In this document: positions 49,307 to 61,584 of the stretch, in pieces
Position numbering within the stretch: position 1 is the first letter of the stretch
Layout of the letters: every line of letters starts with the position of its first letter
Origin: Leucoraja ocellata
Taxonomy: Eukaryota
DNA length: 64,000 nucleotides
Direction of reading: 5' to 3'
NCBI GenBank assembly: GCA_036785375.1
Contig: JAWMAR010000008.1
Span: forward strand, 12,276,001 to 12,340,000
Made by a program: the position numbers and the translations under genes
Notes under the pieces: model-generated
The model's database searches: none
Seen by the model: the letters and a program-made list of their open reading frames with translations, nothing else
What the model was told of the DNA's origin: nothing

Positions 49307-49364
49307 ATCTATGCTCCATCAAGAATTATTGGATCAAGTAGAAGGCAGTAATTCAGTCCATAAT

Positions 49365-49665
49365 TTAGTTGAGTTTAGTTGAGATGCAGCATACAGCCCT
49401 TTGGCCCAGTGTGTCCACGTTGAACATCGATTACCTGTAGACTCCTTCTATGTTATCCCACTTTCACGTTCACTCCTTACACATTAGGGGCAATTTACAG
49501 CTGCCAATTAACCTATAAATCCGCAAGTGGGAGGAAACTGGAGCACCCAGATAAAACTCAGGTGGTCACATGGAGAATGTGCAAACCCCACACAGTCAGC
49601 ACCTGGGGTCAGAATCAAACCCTTGTCTCTAGAGCAGCGAAGCAACAGCTCTACCAGCTACACTA
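49365..49665 (-). mobile_element. tRNA-derived SINE (older)
   Basis: tttagttgagtttagttgaga tail; gtcagcacctggggtcagaatcaaacc...cagctctaccagct head. Confidence 0.72.
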
Positions 49666-51608
49666 CTACAACTGGTATACCTTATCTCATTGCACAGAAA
49701 TGGAAGAAAGAAAGACTCCAATTTGTACAGCATCCTTCTCGTCTCTTTCAAAATACTCCAAAATGCAGCACAGCCGGTGAAGTGCGGTGACTGCTGTAGA
49801 GCAGAAAGCATTGCTTCGCACCAGCATAAGGAACCATATGTGCCTCTGGATTGAAGGGATTCTCAAATGGGTTATCAGCACAGGGACTGCAGCCATAACT
49901 TAGACTGAGGAGCAAATTAAACCCACACCATTATTTGCCGCCATCAACACTGATTAACTCCCGTAGATGTTTTTAACATCCACAGGATGCCTTTCATATC
50001 AGGTTTATTAACAGCGTGGGAGTAACAACTGCCAATGGAGAGGGCAGTGAGAACCACATAGAGTGTTGTGTGGAATGGACTGCCCTGTTACATGGCCCCA
50101 TTCTTAGCCTCCAGTCTGGGTACCGCAATGTGGAGGTGCAGCAGAATTGTTGCCTCTGGCACATCTAGTCACTGTGTAAACTCCATGGTCTTGCAAGGTG
50201 TTTATTGTCCATTTGTTCAGAGTGTGCCTCACTGGGGGCACATAAGCCACTGCCATAAACAGAGCTCAAATAAATATTTTATGTACACACTCCAGCAACA
50301 TATAAACTGCAACACAGACACATTCTGGGGGCAGGAGCCTCTTGGAAAAATGTGTACTCTTTCAGCAAACCCCTTCTCCCCTCCCCCTTTCCCCTCCTGC
50401 CAGCCCCCCAACAAAAAAGACTTTCAACTACTGCTCCATAAGGACTCCTTGAAATTAGTTGCAGGTGGAGTGAGAACACCTGCAAGAAAGTTTGAAATCA
50501 AATCTGGACAGTATTCTGAAGTTACAGAACCACACGGCCTGGATCAGCCACATGTGGCCTTCATTACAGTGCAGTGCAAGCAATGAACATTTGGCTGCTG
50601 AAGAATTTCCCTGTACTTGCTCATGATATTGTGCTGCTGTTGCCTGGTGCTGGAACCTTGCAGCTAGAGAAACCTCAAGGCAACAATGAAGGCTGGCTCT
50701 CACCTGTAGAAGCATTTGGCCACTTAACTTTGCTCCAAGGCGCCTCTTACACTCATTATCATCACCCATCCAAACCTTACCTGTTACAAATGTGCAACAA
50801 ATCCAATTTAGCAAATATTTTTAATGTTGATTGAAGGAATCCTAAGACCACAAACTTGGCACTATACTCCTGATCTAACAGCTGGTAGTAATCCCTGCTC
50901 TTCTGGTGATATTACTGAGTGCTGGACTATCTACTCAGATATCTCAAGCCACTGGGGGAAATGCCAACATAATCTCCCCAAAATCTTTCAAATGCAGTGG
51001 AAGGATAAGCAAACAAATGTCAGTGTCGTCTCCCACTCACACAATCCAAGCTTTGAGGCCCTGATTACACTGGCCAGCACGTCATTCTCATGCCCAACAC
51101 CAACTCTCAAAATGTAACCACACTGTTCTTAGTTCTGACATGACGATGTCAGGCCAACTAAGGAAAAAGACTCAAGTCTGTATTATAAAGCAAACTTTAA
51201 AACATGCAGCACCCCAAATAACTGCTGAGGATTACAGGCCCATGATAGCTAAAAATGGAAAAGGACCATTTGAATTCCAGTTCATGCATCAGGAGCAGGT
51301 AGAAACCCTGCAAAGTAGCAGAGGGCAGATTGCACGTTGCAATCTAACCCCCTCCCCCCCCCTCCCCACATACACACACACACACCACCACCCCCTCAGG
51401 CATCTCCTACCCCATCATTGGAGGTGTCTGTGGAATCCAGATTGGTCTCTTCAGTCACCTTAGAACTCTGAAAACTGGGATGTAGATCCCGAGAAGACAT
51501 CTCGGAGAAGAGAGGAAGGATGCCACAGCGCACCCTGAGGGCTGCCTTCAGCCACAGCTGTCTGTGTGGTGCAGTGCTGTTAGGTTGGGACTCATAACCC
51601 ATTGTTGA

Positions 51609-51795
51609 AGATTCAGATTCAGATTCAGATTAAATTTTAATTGTCATTGTCAGTGTACAGTACAGAGACAACAAAATGCATTTAGCATCTCCCTGGAAGA
51701 GCGACATAGCAACGATTTGAATAAATAATAATAAGTGTCCGGGGGGGGGGGGGGGGGGGGGTGGTGATTGGCAGTCACCGAGGTACGTTGTTGAA
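51609..51795 (-). mobile_element. Non-LTR 3' end with (GAATCT)n tail and internal poly-G; same family as the insert at 12471
   Basis: (agattc)n-aattttaattgtcattgtcagtgtacagtacagagacaac-aaatgcatt is the reverse complement of 12471-12546. Confidence 0.75.
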
Positions 51796-52479
51796 GAAGG
51801 ATTATCTATGTATTTCCTAGTTAGAGGGCAGCTAACAAGTAAGGCTGTTTCCATCTGTCCTGTTCTTCCAAATGAAAGAGGGCATGGGTTTGGGAAAAGC
51901 TGCCAGAGGATCTTTCCTGACTTAATTTAATGCCTGAGAGACAGTACACACTGCAGGCACAGTGGACGGACTGATTTACGTTTAAGAAGATAGACACAAA
52001 ATACCGGAGTAACTCCGCAGGTCAGGCAGTGTCTGGCGAAAAGGAGTAGGTAATGTTTTGGGCCGAGACCCTTGAATCGGTATCAGTTTAGTAGGGTGCT
52101 TTGTTTTGAATGTTGGTGAGCCTCCTGAGCCCTGATGGGTGTACCTTTGTCCTGGGCGAGTGGAGAGTATTCCATCACATTTGTTTCTGCCCAGTAATAA
52201 CAGAAAAGCTTTGAGGCGAGTCATTCACTGCAGGATTTCTAATCTCTGACCTGCCCCTGTAGTATAATATTGGTCTGGTTAAGTGGGTGGTTACAATCAT
52301 AACATAATTATGGTTTAGAACAAAGCAGTTTGGCCCTTCAATTCCATGCTGGCCCTGTGGAGTCCATGGCATTCTTTTGTTGAAGATGATCGGCACTTAA
52401 CAGTTGAATCTTCGAAAGTCAGCTCTCTTTTCTACATTTGAACTAAGCATGTGAAGTCTGAACTTGAGTGGTCATGGCA

Positions 52480-53835
52480 AAATCCAGGACTGACACGGGT
52501 CACCTGTGGGTGGGAGCTGAAGCGAGCTTAGTGATTGAATTGGTTGTAAGAGGCAAGGAATCGTAGAGACAGGAAGGCACTCCGATAAGCAGAATGGTGA
52601 TCCTGATGGATTAGTGGTAGAGCCTTGGGATTTTACTGTACTTATCAATGACAGTTGAAGGAATAAAGAGATTTATATCCAAGTTTGAAGATACCACTAT
52701 TAGGAGGCACATTTGGGGAGAGAGAGCTACCAAAAGACTGAGACAAATTAAGTGAACAGGGAAAGCTGTGCAATAGAGTTAAACGTGCCAAAGACTGAGT
52801 TCATCCGTTGTGGATCCAAGAAAGATTCATCAATTCTTTTCCTAATGACAGACATGAATGTGGGATTTGGGTATCCAGGTACATAAATTACTCAAATCAG
52901 AAAGTAATTTGATTGTTCTGAAAATCATAAAGTAATCAAACAAATTGTGGAAAGATGGCTTTAATTTCAAGTCTGTTAAGACAAAGGAAGTGATACAGCA
53001 GGCGTGTAATCTACCTCAGACTTTCTCCAGAGGGAAAAAAACTCCCAGCTTGTTCAATCTTTCCAGGCCAGTATAATCACTCAGTTGTAGTATCATCCTT
53101 GTGGAACATTTTTATACTTTCACCAATGCTTCTAACTGTTTATATTAAGGATGCCAAACCTGCCTCATGCCCTGTGGTTTAGCCAAGATTCTGCACAGGT
53201 TGAGCATCTTTGCCTTTACTTTCAGTATTCCATATTAAGCTGCATTGCTGCTTCTACTGATTTTACAGGTATTGCCAGAACCTTTGTTGATGGCCCCATT
53301 TTGAGTTTTGTTATCCAAGGCAATGCATAATTTCAGAAAGAAGCCTTTGCCCTCTGTAGCGCAGACAACAACAAATAAATGATCTCGACTGGAGTTTGTA
53401 GACAATTCAGGCAACATTACAGTAATTTCTGAGTTGGACAGTTTACAGGAGAGCGTCGATAATATGGGCAGATGTGTGGCGGGTACATTTTAGTATGTTT
53501 GAACATTCAGGGTGAAATACATTTCAATGATAACAGCTACAGGGTTTGCACAAACTGAGGTGCATGTTGCCAGATACAGGGCAAATGGACAAACTGGTTA
53601 AGAAAGTAAATGGGACCAAGGTTTTATAAATAGGGGCATTGAATTTAAAATTAAGTAAGTCACGCTTCATTAGTCACGGGCAAGCCCTGCTTGCAGTTAT
53701 GTGCCTCATTCTGGATCCCTTCCTTTATGACAGACTCAAGATTTTGAAAAGACTGCAGAGGTGGTATCTCAGGAAGGGCCTGAGGGGCTGACGATGCCCC
53801 TTCGGAGCAGAGTAGTTTAATGGTTGATTTATAAC
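52480..53835. mobile_element. Highly degenerate CR1 fragments in mixed orientation
   Basis: gagatttatatccaagtttgaagatacc (ISKF.D), antisense gtatcatccttgtggaacattttt, sense aataggggcattgaatttaaa. Confidence 0.5.
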
Positions 53836-53839
53836 ATAA

Positions 53840-56030
53840 AACGGCACAGCACTGGGTTAAGCCTGTCGGCCCACGATGTCTGTGCCAATAATGATGCTAA
53901 ATGATTTCCACCTGCCTGCAAATGACCTGTATCCCTCCATTTGGTGCCTATTCATGTGCCTATCTAATTGTCTCTTTCATGTTGCTATCATATCTGCTTC
54001 CACCACCTCCCCTGGCATGGCACCGCATTCCAGCACCTACCACTGTCTGTGTAAACCTTCTTTAAGCTTTCCCACCCTCAAATTAAATCTATGCCCTCTA
54101 GTGTTTGACATTTCCACCCTGGGAACAAGACTTGTGATATTTACCTTATCTATGCCTCTCATATTTGTATATACTACCATTAGGTCACCCCTAAGTCTTG
54201 GACACTCCATAGAAAACAATCCAAGTTTATCCAACCCCTCCTTATAACTAATACTCTCTAATGCAGACAACGTCATGGTAAACCTCTTTTGGGCCATCTC
54301 CAAAGCCTCCACATCTTTCCTGAACACACAATACTTAAAATGTGGCCAAACCAAAGTTTAATGCAGCTGCAATATGACTTGCCAAATGTTACACTCAGTG
54401 CCCCAAGTGATGAAGGCAAATATGTCGTATGCCCTATTTATCACTCTTATTTGTGTTGCTATGTTCAAAGAGCTGTGGACCTTCAATCCAAGATCGTTCT
54501 GTACATTGATATTCCTCAGTGTTTTACCATTGCTCTTACATTTGTCCTCCCAAAGTGCCACACCTCACACTTGTTTGAATTAAGCTGCCATTTCTCTGCT
54601 CACATTTCCAATTGATATAAATCCTGCTTGTATCTTTTGAAAACCTTGCTCGCTATCCACAACTCCATGAATTTTTGTGTTGACTGCAAACTTAATTAGT
54701 TCACCTACATTTTTGGCCAAATCATTTATATCAGTACAACTGATATATCTATAGATATATCTCTATATCACATACAACAGTGATTCCTGCAGAGCACCAC
54801 TGGTCACAGACTTGCAGTCAAAACAACACTCCTCCATCATCACCCTCTGACATCTATGGCCAAATCAATTTTTAAACTAATCTACCAGGATCCCATGCAA
54901 TTTAATCTTGTGGATCAGCCTACTACAGGGGTCCTTGTCAAATGCTTTACTAAAGACCATATATGTAACATCCACTGACTACTCTGATCAGTCATCTTCG
55001 TCACCTCCTCAAAAAACCTAATCAAGTTTTAGAGACATGACTACTCTAAAGAAGCCATACTGATTGTCCCTAATAAGTCCCTGCTTTTGCAGATGTGAGT
55101 AAATCATACCGCTAAGAATCTTCCCCAATAATTTCCAGACCACTAACATAAGGCTCACCAGCCTATAATTGCACTTAAACAAAGGAAGAATATTTGGTAT
55201 TCTCAATCCTTTGGGTTAAAGAGGATACGAAGATCTCTGCCATCTGGGGATTTATCCATCTTAATGTTCTTCAAAGAACCCAACAGCATCTCTTTCCTGA
55301 TATAAATATGCCCCAGAATATCATCAGCAAAAAAAGAGAGCAGCTGTAGGAAGTCAGCAGTCAGCCAGACCCTGTTGAAGGAAATGGACAGTCAATGTTT
55401 CAGGTCGAGAGATCCTTGATCTAGGAGAGCAACGGTGCGGGCCAAAGAATTGGAAGTTGTTGAAATGGTGGAGAGCATGCAAGGTGCCCCACATGTGGGT
55501 GGAAAGGAACTGGACTATGGGGGGACAAGAAAGTGTCAAGGTATGAGGAGATGAGCTCAGTGAGATAAGAGCAGGCAGACACAGGGGGACATACCAGATA
55601 GTCCTGCTTATGAATCTTGGGTAGGAGATAGAAACAAGCGGTGTGGTTTTTCCCCACAGTCTAGATGAAGTCACTAACAGTCTGGGTGAAGGGCCTCAAC
55701 CTGAAATATAGACTGTCCATTTCCTTCTGCAGATATTTCCTGATCTACTGAGTTCCTCCAGTTTCTCTTTTTGTGTTGGCTACAGATTCCAGCATCTGTA
55801 GTCTCTTGTGCCTCCTAGAATGTTGGCATAACCCTCCTTAATCTCATCATCCTTTCCTTCTCCTGGGTTAGTACTAATGCCAAGTGCTCATTCATTACCT
55901 CGCCCACTTTCTCTGGCTCCAGGCACACATTCCTTCCTTTGTCCTTGAGTGGTCCTATGGATGTATTAAATGCTAAGATTCTCCTTAATCCTACTTGCCG
56001 AGGACACTTCATGGTCTCATTTAGCCCTCC
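53840..56030 (-). mobile_element. Long CR1-type LINE fragment interrupted by a PLE insertion (about 55330-55812)
   Basis: Antisense ORFs PHFKYCV..RKDVEALEMAQKRFT, NYRLVSLMLVVWKLLGKIL, SIGPLKDKGRNVCLEPEKVGEVMNEHLA. Confidence 0.88.
55330..55812 (-). mobile_element. Penelope-like element fragment (RT N-terminal region) between inverted terminal repeats
   Basis: ORF 55421-55657 TACFYLLPKIHKQD...VSACSYLTELISSYLDTFLSP carries the PLE RT LPKIHK motif. Plus-strand terminal repeat at 55678-55812. Confidence 0.8.
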
Positions 56031-56036
56031 TGTTAA

Positions 56037-56739
56037 AAGGCCTGTCCCACTTAGGCGAATTGTCAGTGGACTCCCGGCGACTGTCATGTTCGCGGCAGCC
56101 ACACACACACACACACACGGCGGGGGCCAGGGGGAGCACTGTCTGAAATTCACACAATGCAAAGCCAATGTGATACAGACACACACCGCGATGAACAGGA
56201 AGGTTAACACAGCTAGCACAGTGTACGGTAAGTCCTTTAAAAGAGGGTAGGGGGGAGAAGAAGTGGAGACATTTTTAAGAAGCCAGACAACTTTTAATAA
56301 GCCAGAGATACACAGCTGTGAAGTTCGGCAGGCATTTAACATTACCTGTCGGTTATCCTTGGTTCTGAAAACTTGTGCTTACGTTTTTTTTCCCCAATGA
56401 GCCAATGAAAATGCCTGGTCAGCAAAGGCGATGAACTAAAACTACCTACGACTACCTCGACTACCATAACTACATGGCGATCCCACTATAACTGCACCTA
56501 CAACTACAGGATTATCGATTTTCTCTATGGCAACCAATTTTTGGTCGCAGAAAATTTTTCAACATGTTGAAAGATTTGCGGCGACAATACCAAGGCCGCG
56601 ACGAGTTCCCAGAATGCGGGAACACCTCGCGACCATGAAGGAGACTCACCAGAGACCACCAGCGAACATGTGACGACCATGTGGCGAGCGCAGAGTCTCC
56701 TGCACTCGCCTAAAAAGTCGCCTAAGTGGGACAGGCCCT
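56037..56739. mobile_element. PIF/Harbinger-type non-autonomous element (703 bp) with internal (CA)n
   Basis: TIR AAGGCCTGTCCCACTTAGGCGA...TCGCCTAAGTGGGACAGGCCCT. TAA TSD at 56034-56036 and 56740-56742. Confidence 0.9.
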
Positions 56740-57071
56740 TAAAGGTATTCACATTCTTGATGTGTTTTTGGCGACTGGGGTGGAAGGACTATTTCCTGGT
56801 ATGTGGGTGAAAGTTACTTTTTAATAGGGAAACAAATAAAGTTACACTTGTTTTTATGATCTGGAACACAGTACTTCAAAGGTTAGGGAAAAGGTCTTAG
56901 ACAATTCTTTGAAAGATCCGGCATAGGCTAGGATTGTTTGATTCTGCAATGAGTAAACTAGTTCCCAGGATATGGAACAAATCAACCCAGAGGTAATCAA
57001 AAGGAGACCTTGATCATGCTTTCCTATGAGCCCAGGTCCTGCGGACATTTCTGTATTTGGAGATTCACAGT

Positions 57072-57356
57072 TATAGAAACATAGAAAATAGGTACAGGAG
57101 GAGGCCATTCGGCCCTTCGAGCCAGCACCGCCATTCATTGTGATCATGGCTGATCGTCCCCAATCAATAACCCGTGCCTGCCTTCTCCCCATATCCCTTG
57201 ATTCCATTAGCCCCTAGAGCTCTATCTAACTCTCTCTTAAATCCATCCAGTAATTTGGCCTCCACTGCCCTCTGTGGCAGGGAATTCCACAAATTCACAA
57301 CTCTCTGGGTGAAAAAGTTTTTCTCACCTCAGTCTTAAATGGCCTCCCCTTTATTC
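57072..57356 (-). mobile_element. Young CR1 3' fragment
   Basis: Highly similar to 2638-2925; tail tagaaacatagaaaatagg on +. Confidence 0.92.
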
Positions 57357-57439
57357 AAAGGGGAGGCCATTGTTACATTGTTTGATGAGCAAAGGTGGTC
57401 TTGCACTTTGCCCAGTCCATGCGGCAGCTGCGGTGGTGG

Positions 57440-57932
57440 TCTCAGCCAGAGTATTGCACACAGTTCTGGTCACCATGCCATAGGAAGGAAGTGATGGTGG
57501 AGATGTTGCCTGGGATGGAGCAGTTCAATTACGAGGAGAGAGTGGAGAGGCTGGGTCTATTCTCCCTGGAGCGGAGGAGGTGAAGAGAGAACAGATTAGA
57601 GGTATATAAAATACGAGAATAACTAGGGTACATGGCAGGAAACGGGTTTCCACATAAAATTAGAAGACATGGAGTTTGAGTAAGGGGGAAGAGATGTGGA
57701 GGGATCTGAGGGATGTATTCTTAATGCAGTGTGGCAAGTACCTGAATACCTGCGAGAGTGATGGATAGCGTTGCTGACAGCATTTAAGAAGTGTGTGAAT
57801 GGCACTTGAATCGCCTTGGCATTGAGGGCTGTGAACCAAGAGCTGAATAATAGGATTAATGTGGACGGGTGATCACTGATCAGCGTGGACACTGGGCTGA
57901 AGGGCCTGTCTCAATGCTGTACAATTCTATGA
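57440..57932 (+). mobile_element. Older CR1 fragment
   Basis: PEYCTQFWSPCHRKE...YEERVERLGLFSLERRR; 3' UTR gggctgaagggcctgtctcaatgctgtacaattctatgac. Confidence 0.8.
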
Positions 57933-59139
57933 CGCTGTAGGTGTCGTGAGAATAACAATAGCTGTTCAGGTCCTTGCTTGCACAGAACCCAGGCAATGCA
58001 AGAATTCTTCAGAAATTCCTGCAAGCCTCAAGGGCACAGGGAAAAGACAGAGCTGCCAAAGAGGTTTGCGGGCCACCCACTGCCAGCTGCAGGCTCCTTT
58101 GACAGGAACTAGAACAGAACAACCCACCGAGATGTGCAAATGCACACCAGCCTCTCCTCAGTGACTGAACACAGAGATGCTGCTAAATACGGGCTATTTT
58201 ATTCTCTGTTCTATTTAATGATTTCTTATTGCTGAACTCTGAGGCTGCAGTCATCACAAGGTGAGGTCATGTATATGTTTGTGACCTTTTATGAACTATG
58301 AGTAAATGATGTCACCGAGACATTAGTTTCATTGGAATCCAATTACGTAAAACATCAAGAGTCTAGGGCTCGGGACATTAATGCAGTAACATCCATGAAT
58401 CCATCATGGCCCTCCCATGTGGGTGATGGCTGGCCTTTGCTTCATACTCCTGGCACCATCAATGTGCAGGGAATGGGTATAAACTTGTAACCAACCCTGT
58501 AGGTTAAATGTGTAACCTACTCAGAGCTGCATGAGGCTTCTGTCTTATCAGGTCTCCTGGATACATTGTCAACACAGCGACACACGTTACTAGCGTTCAG
58601 TCATGTTGCCAACTTCTGGAGTTTCAATCCCCCCCCCCCCCCTAATATTCCTCCCCATCAACCTAACTTCAGGGAACAGAGTAAACCATCCAGTGTTTCC
58701 TCCTGATCTCCAGCTGGTGACTCCTGTCAGATGCTGTGTGGGGGCAGGAATGGCTGAAACGGAGGTTACCCTCATTGTGTGCCTGGTCCGCTCATGTGTG
58801 TACGTGATTTTGATTAGAAAGTCTGTGACTTACATTATTTATGCAAAGCCAGTGAGACATTCTAGAGCCAAATGTAGATTTGCTAACATAGTTACGGCAC
58901 CCTCCACACTCCCGGCACATCCAAAAGTGTTTATGGTGATGGAGTGTTTGCAAGATTTAGTCTCTGTTGATCTGTCCATGACCTCACCATACTGAGTAAA
59001 GGGTGTCCCTTTGGAGTGGGATATCCTGGACCCACAGCGCATCCAAGCATCAACACACCTGCAAGTGGGAACTTGCTTGTTTTTGAGCTTTCACTCCCAT
59101 TTTCCACTTTTCGTTCACTCTAGTTGTATACAGTAATGA

Positions 59140-60110
59140 AAGCAAAAATGCTGCAGCACTCAGAACGTTAGGCAGCATCTGGGGAAAGAAAAACAGCTAA
59201 TGATACTCTACTCCCATTTCCTCCCCTGTCTGCCCTCCGCAGAGACCGCTCCCTCCGTAACTCCCTGGTCAATTCGTCCCTTCCCACCCGTACCACCCCC
59301 TCTCCAGGCACTTTCCCTTGCAACCGCAGGAAATGCTACCCTTGTTGCTTTACCTCCCCCCTTGACTCCATTCAAGGACCCAAGCAGCCGTTCCAGGTGC
59401 GACAGAGGTTCACCTGCACCTCCTCTAACCTCATCTATTGCATCCGCTGCTCTGGATGTCAGCTGCTCTACATCGGTGAGACCAAGCGACCTTGGCGATC
59501 GCTTCGCCGAACACCTCCGCTCAGTTCGCAATCACCAACCTGATCTCCCGGTGGCTCAGCACTTCAACTCCCCCTCGCATTCCGAATCCGATCTTTCTGT
59601 CCTGGGCCTCCTCCACGGCCAGAGTGAGGACCACCGGAAATTGGAGGAGCAGCACCTCATATTTCACTTGGGCAGTTTGTACCCCAGCGATATGAACATT
59701 GACTTCATTTCAGGTAGACCCAACTGTCTCCTCCCCTTCTCAGTTCTCCCTCAGCCCTCTGGCTCCTCCTCTTCCCGCTCCACTGCCCGCCCCTCCTCAC
59801 CCCACCCCCACCCTCACATCCTTCTGAAGAAGGGTTTTGACCCGAAACGTTGCCTATTTCCTTCGCTCCATAGATGCTGCTGCACCCGCTGAGTTTCTCC
59901 AGCATTTTTGTCTATCAAATGAGACTCTACCCCGTTCTTTGCCTGTCCATTATCCATGTCCTCACCCACCACTGGCGTTAGCTGCTGAACTCCCAGTGTT
60001 TGAGATTAAGCTGATCTCTCTGAAGAAGGGTCTCAACCCGAAACATCGCCCATTCCTGCTCTCCAGAGATGCTGCCCATCCCGCTAAGTTACGCCAGCTT
60101 TTTGTGCCTA
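59140..60110 (+). mobile_element. Penelope-like retroelement 3' part: GIY-YIG endonuclease remnant plus tandem terminal repeats, preceded by an inverted terminal piece
   Basis: Frameshifted translation RRDRSLRNSLV...GTFPCNRRKC...FTCTSSNLIYCIRCSGCQLLYIGETKR..LGDRFAEHLRSVR...PVAQHFN...RKLEEQHLIFHLGSLYPSDMNIDF. Terminal repeats at 59824 and 60020; antisense terminal piece at 59140-59200. Confidence 0.92.
59824..59851 (+). ncRNA. Minimal hammerhead-like motif in PLE terminal repeat (a second, mutated copy lies at 60020-60047)
   Basis: CTGAAGA-A-GGGTT-TT-GACCC-GAAA-CGTT directly downstream of the GIY-YIG coding remnant. Confidence 0.6.
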
Positions 60111-60411
60111 TCTCTTGTTTCAAGTTGTTTTGTGCTTTATCCCATCCTATCTGCGGCCCTGACCCTCTCCCTTGAACTGCCTTCCCCTTGTACTCCTGCC
60201 TGTTGTGCATCCACCCTCCCTGCCACTGGCAGCCCTTCCTTCACTTGCCCAGGCCATCCTCTCTGAATTTTCTTCGAAAACACCTTTATCCCTCTCTTTG
60301 TTCTAGAGGTATCAATCAAATGTTTTAGAATGCTTTATGAATGTTTGTTGTGTTGAAACAGAGGCATCTCAGGATTCCACCCACCATCTATCCCCACAGG
60401 TACCTCTCATT

Positions 60412-60625
60412 AGGTCACAAGGTCATGTGATAGTAGAATTAGGCCATTCGGCCCATCACGTCTACTCCACCATTCAATCATGACTGATCTATCTCTCCCT
60501 CCTAACCCCATTCTCCTGCCTTCTTCCCATAACCTCTGACAGCCTTTCTAATCAATAATCTATCTCTGCCTTAAATATATCCACTGACTTTGCCTCCACT
60601 GTCTTCTGTGACAAAGACTTCATCA
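60412..60625 (-). mobile_element. CR1 3'-end fragment
   Basis: ggtcacaaggtcatgtg tail; ggccattcggcccatc...ccccattctcctgccttc. Confidence 0.8.
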
Positions 60626-60908
60626 GAAGGTGTCACTGACTTGGAAGGTAGCTGCTAGATGGACAAGCCTCTCAAGAAGCATTAATCAGTACGTGGTTGT
60701 GTTTGACTGCTGTGAATTAGTGAAGCATTGGTCTGCATTACAGTTACAGACCTAGTGCCACAAATGGGATAGGTGGGGGGGGGGATCTTCAGAAGGATAA
60801 CCCAGCATAAACTCGACCTAGAATCTACTTGATGGGCAAAATGGCCACATTAACCCGCTCGTGTGTGAAGCTGAGGAGGACTCATCTGTGCTCTTCTCGC
60901 TCCAACAG

Positions 60909-60990
60909 GGAAACAACGATGACTTGATTCTCTCCTGCTGCCTTCATTACTGCAAGGACAAAGCCAAGGACTTCATGCCAGCACACAAAG
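60909..60990 (+). CDS. SMG6: SMG6 coding exon (GNNDDLILSCCLHYCKDKAKDFMPAHK)
   Basis: Acceptor ctcttctcgctccaacag, donor AAG|gtatgt. Contains the NNDD catalytic motif of the PIN domain. 82 nt, ends in phase 1. Confidence 0.96.
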
Positions 60991-61074
60991 GTATGTGGGG
61001 TCCTCCCGTGCACTGCCATGGATTTGGTTCTAGGTCAGGTTATTTGAGTATGATGATGATCTGGTGACTCCAAT

Positions 61075-61386
61075 GGACAATAGTTGCAGGAGTAGGCCAT
61101 TCGGATCCTCGGGTCAGCACCGCCATTTAATGTGATCGTGGCTGATCATCCACAATCTGTACCCCGTTCCTGCCTTCTCACCATATCCTCTGACTCCTCT
61201 ATCTTTAAAAGGTCTTGAAAGCATCTAGAGAATTGGCCTCCACTGCCTTCTGTGGCATAGAATTCCACAGATTCACATCTTTCAGGGTGAAAAAGTTTTA
61301 CCTCATCTCCGTTCTAAATGGCCTACCCCATATCCGTTCTAAATGGCTTAGCCCTTATTCTTAAACTGTGGTCCCTGGTTCTGGCT
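61075..61386 (-). mobile_element. CR1 3' fragment with small internal duplication
   Basis: Homologous to 37018-37320; tccgttctaaatggc occurs twice (about 61308 and 61333). Confidence 0.85.
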
Positions 61387-61584
61387 CCAGCAGCAGCCGC
61401 AGCTGTCCCTGCCTGCAGTATGATCGCCAGTCTGCCCCGTGTGGTTCATGGTGGCATGGCTTGGGCAGTTACAGTACCCTGCCCCCTCCCCATGCTCTGG
61501 GCTATAGGGTCATGGTTCAGGCTTCATTTCAGACTGCAACATATAAACCTGGTCAAGAGTTGCTGTTTGTTGCTATTGGAAGGG

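Noticed and set aside
54742-54761. Perfect 20-bp palindrome gatatatctatagatatatc inside a CR1
   Set aside because: Low-complexity AT-rich slippage or repair product; too short to support a transposon footprint call.
59200-59892. 230-aa ORF, the longest in the track
   Set aside because: Chimeric reading across frameshifts of a Penelope GIY-YIG remnant; not an intact protein.
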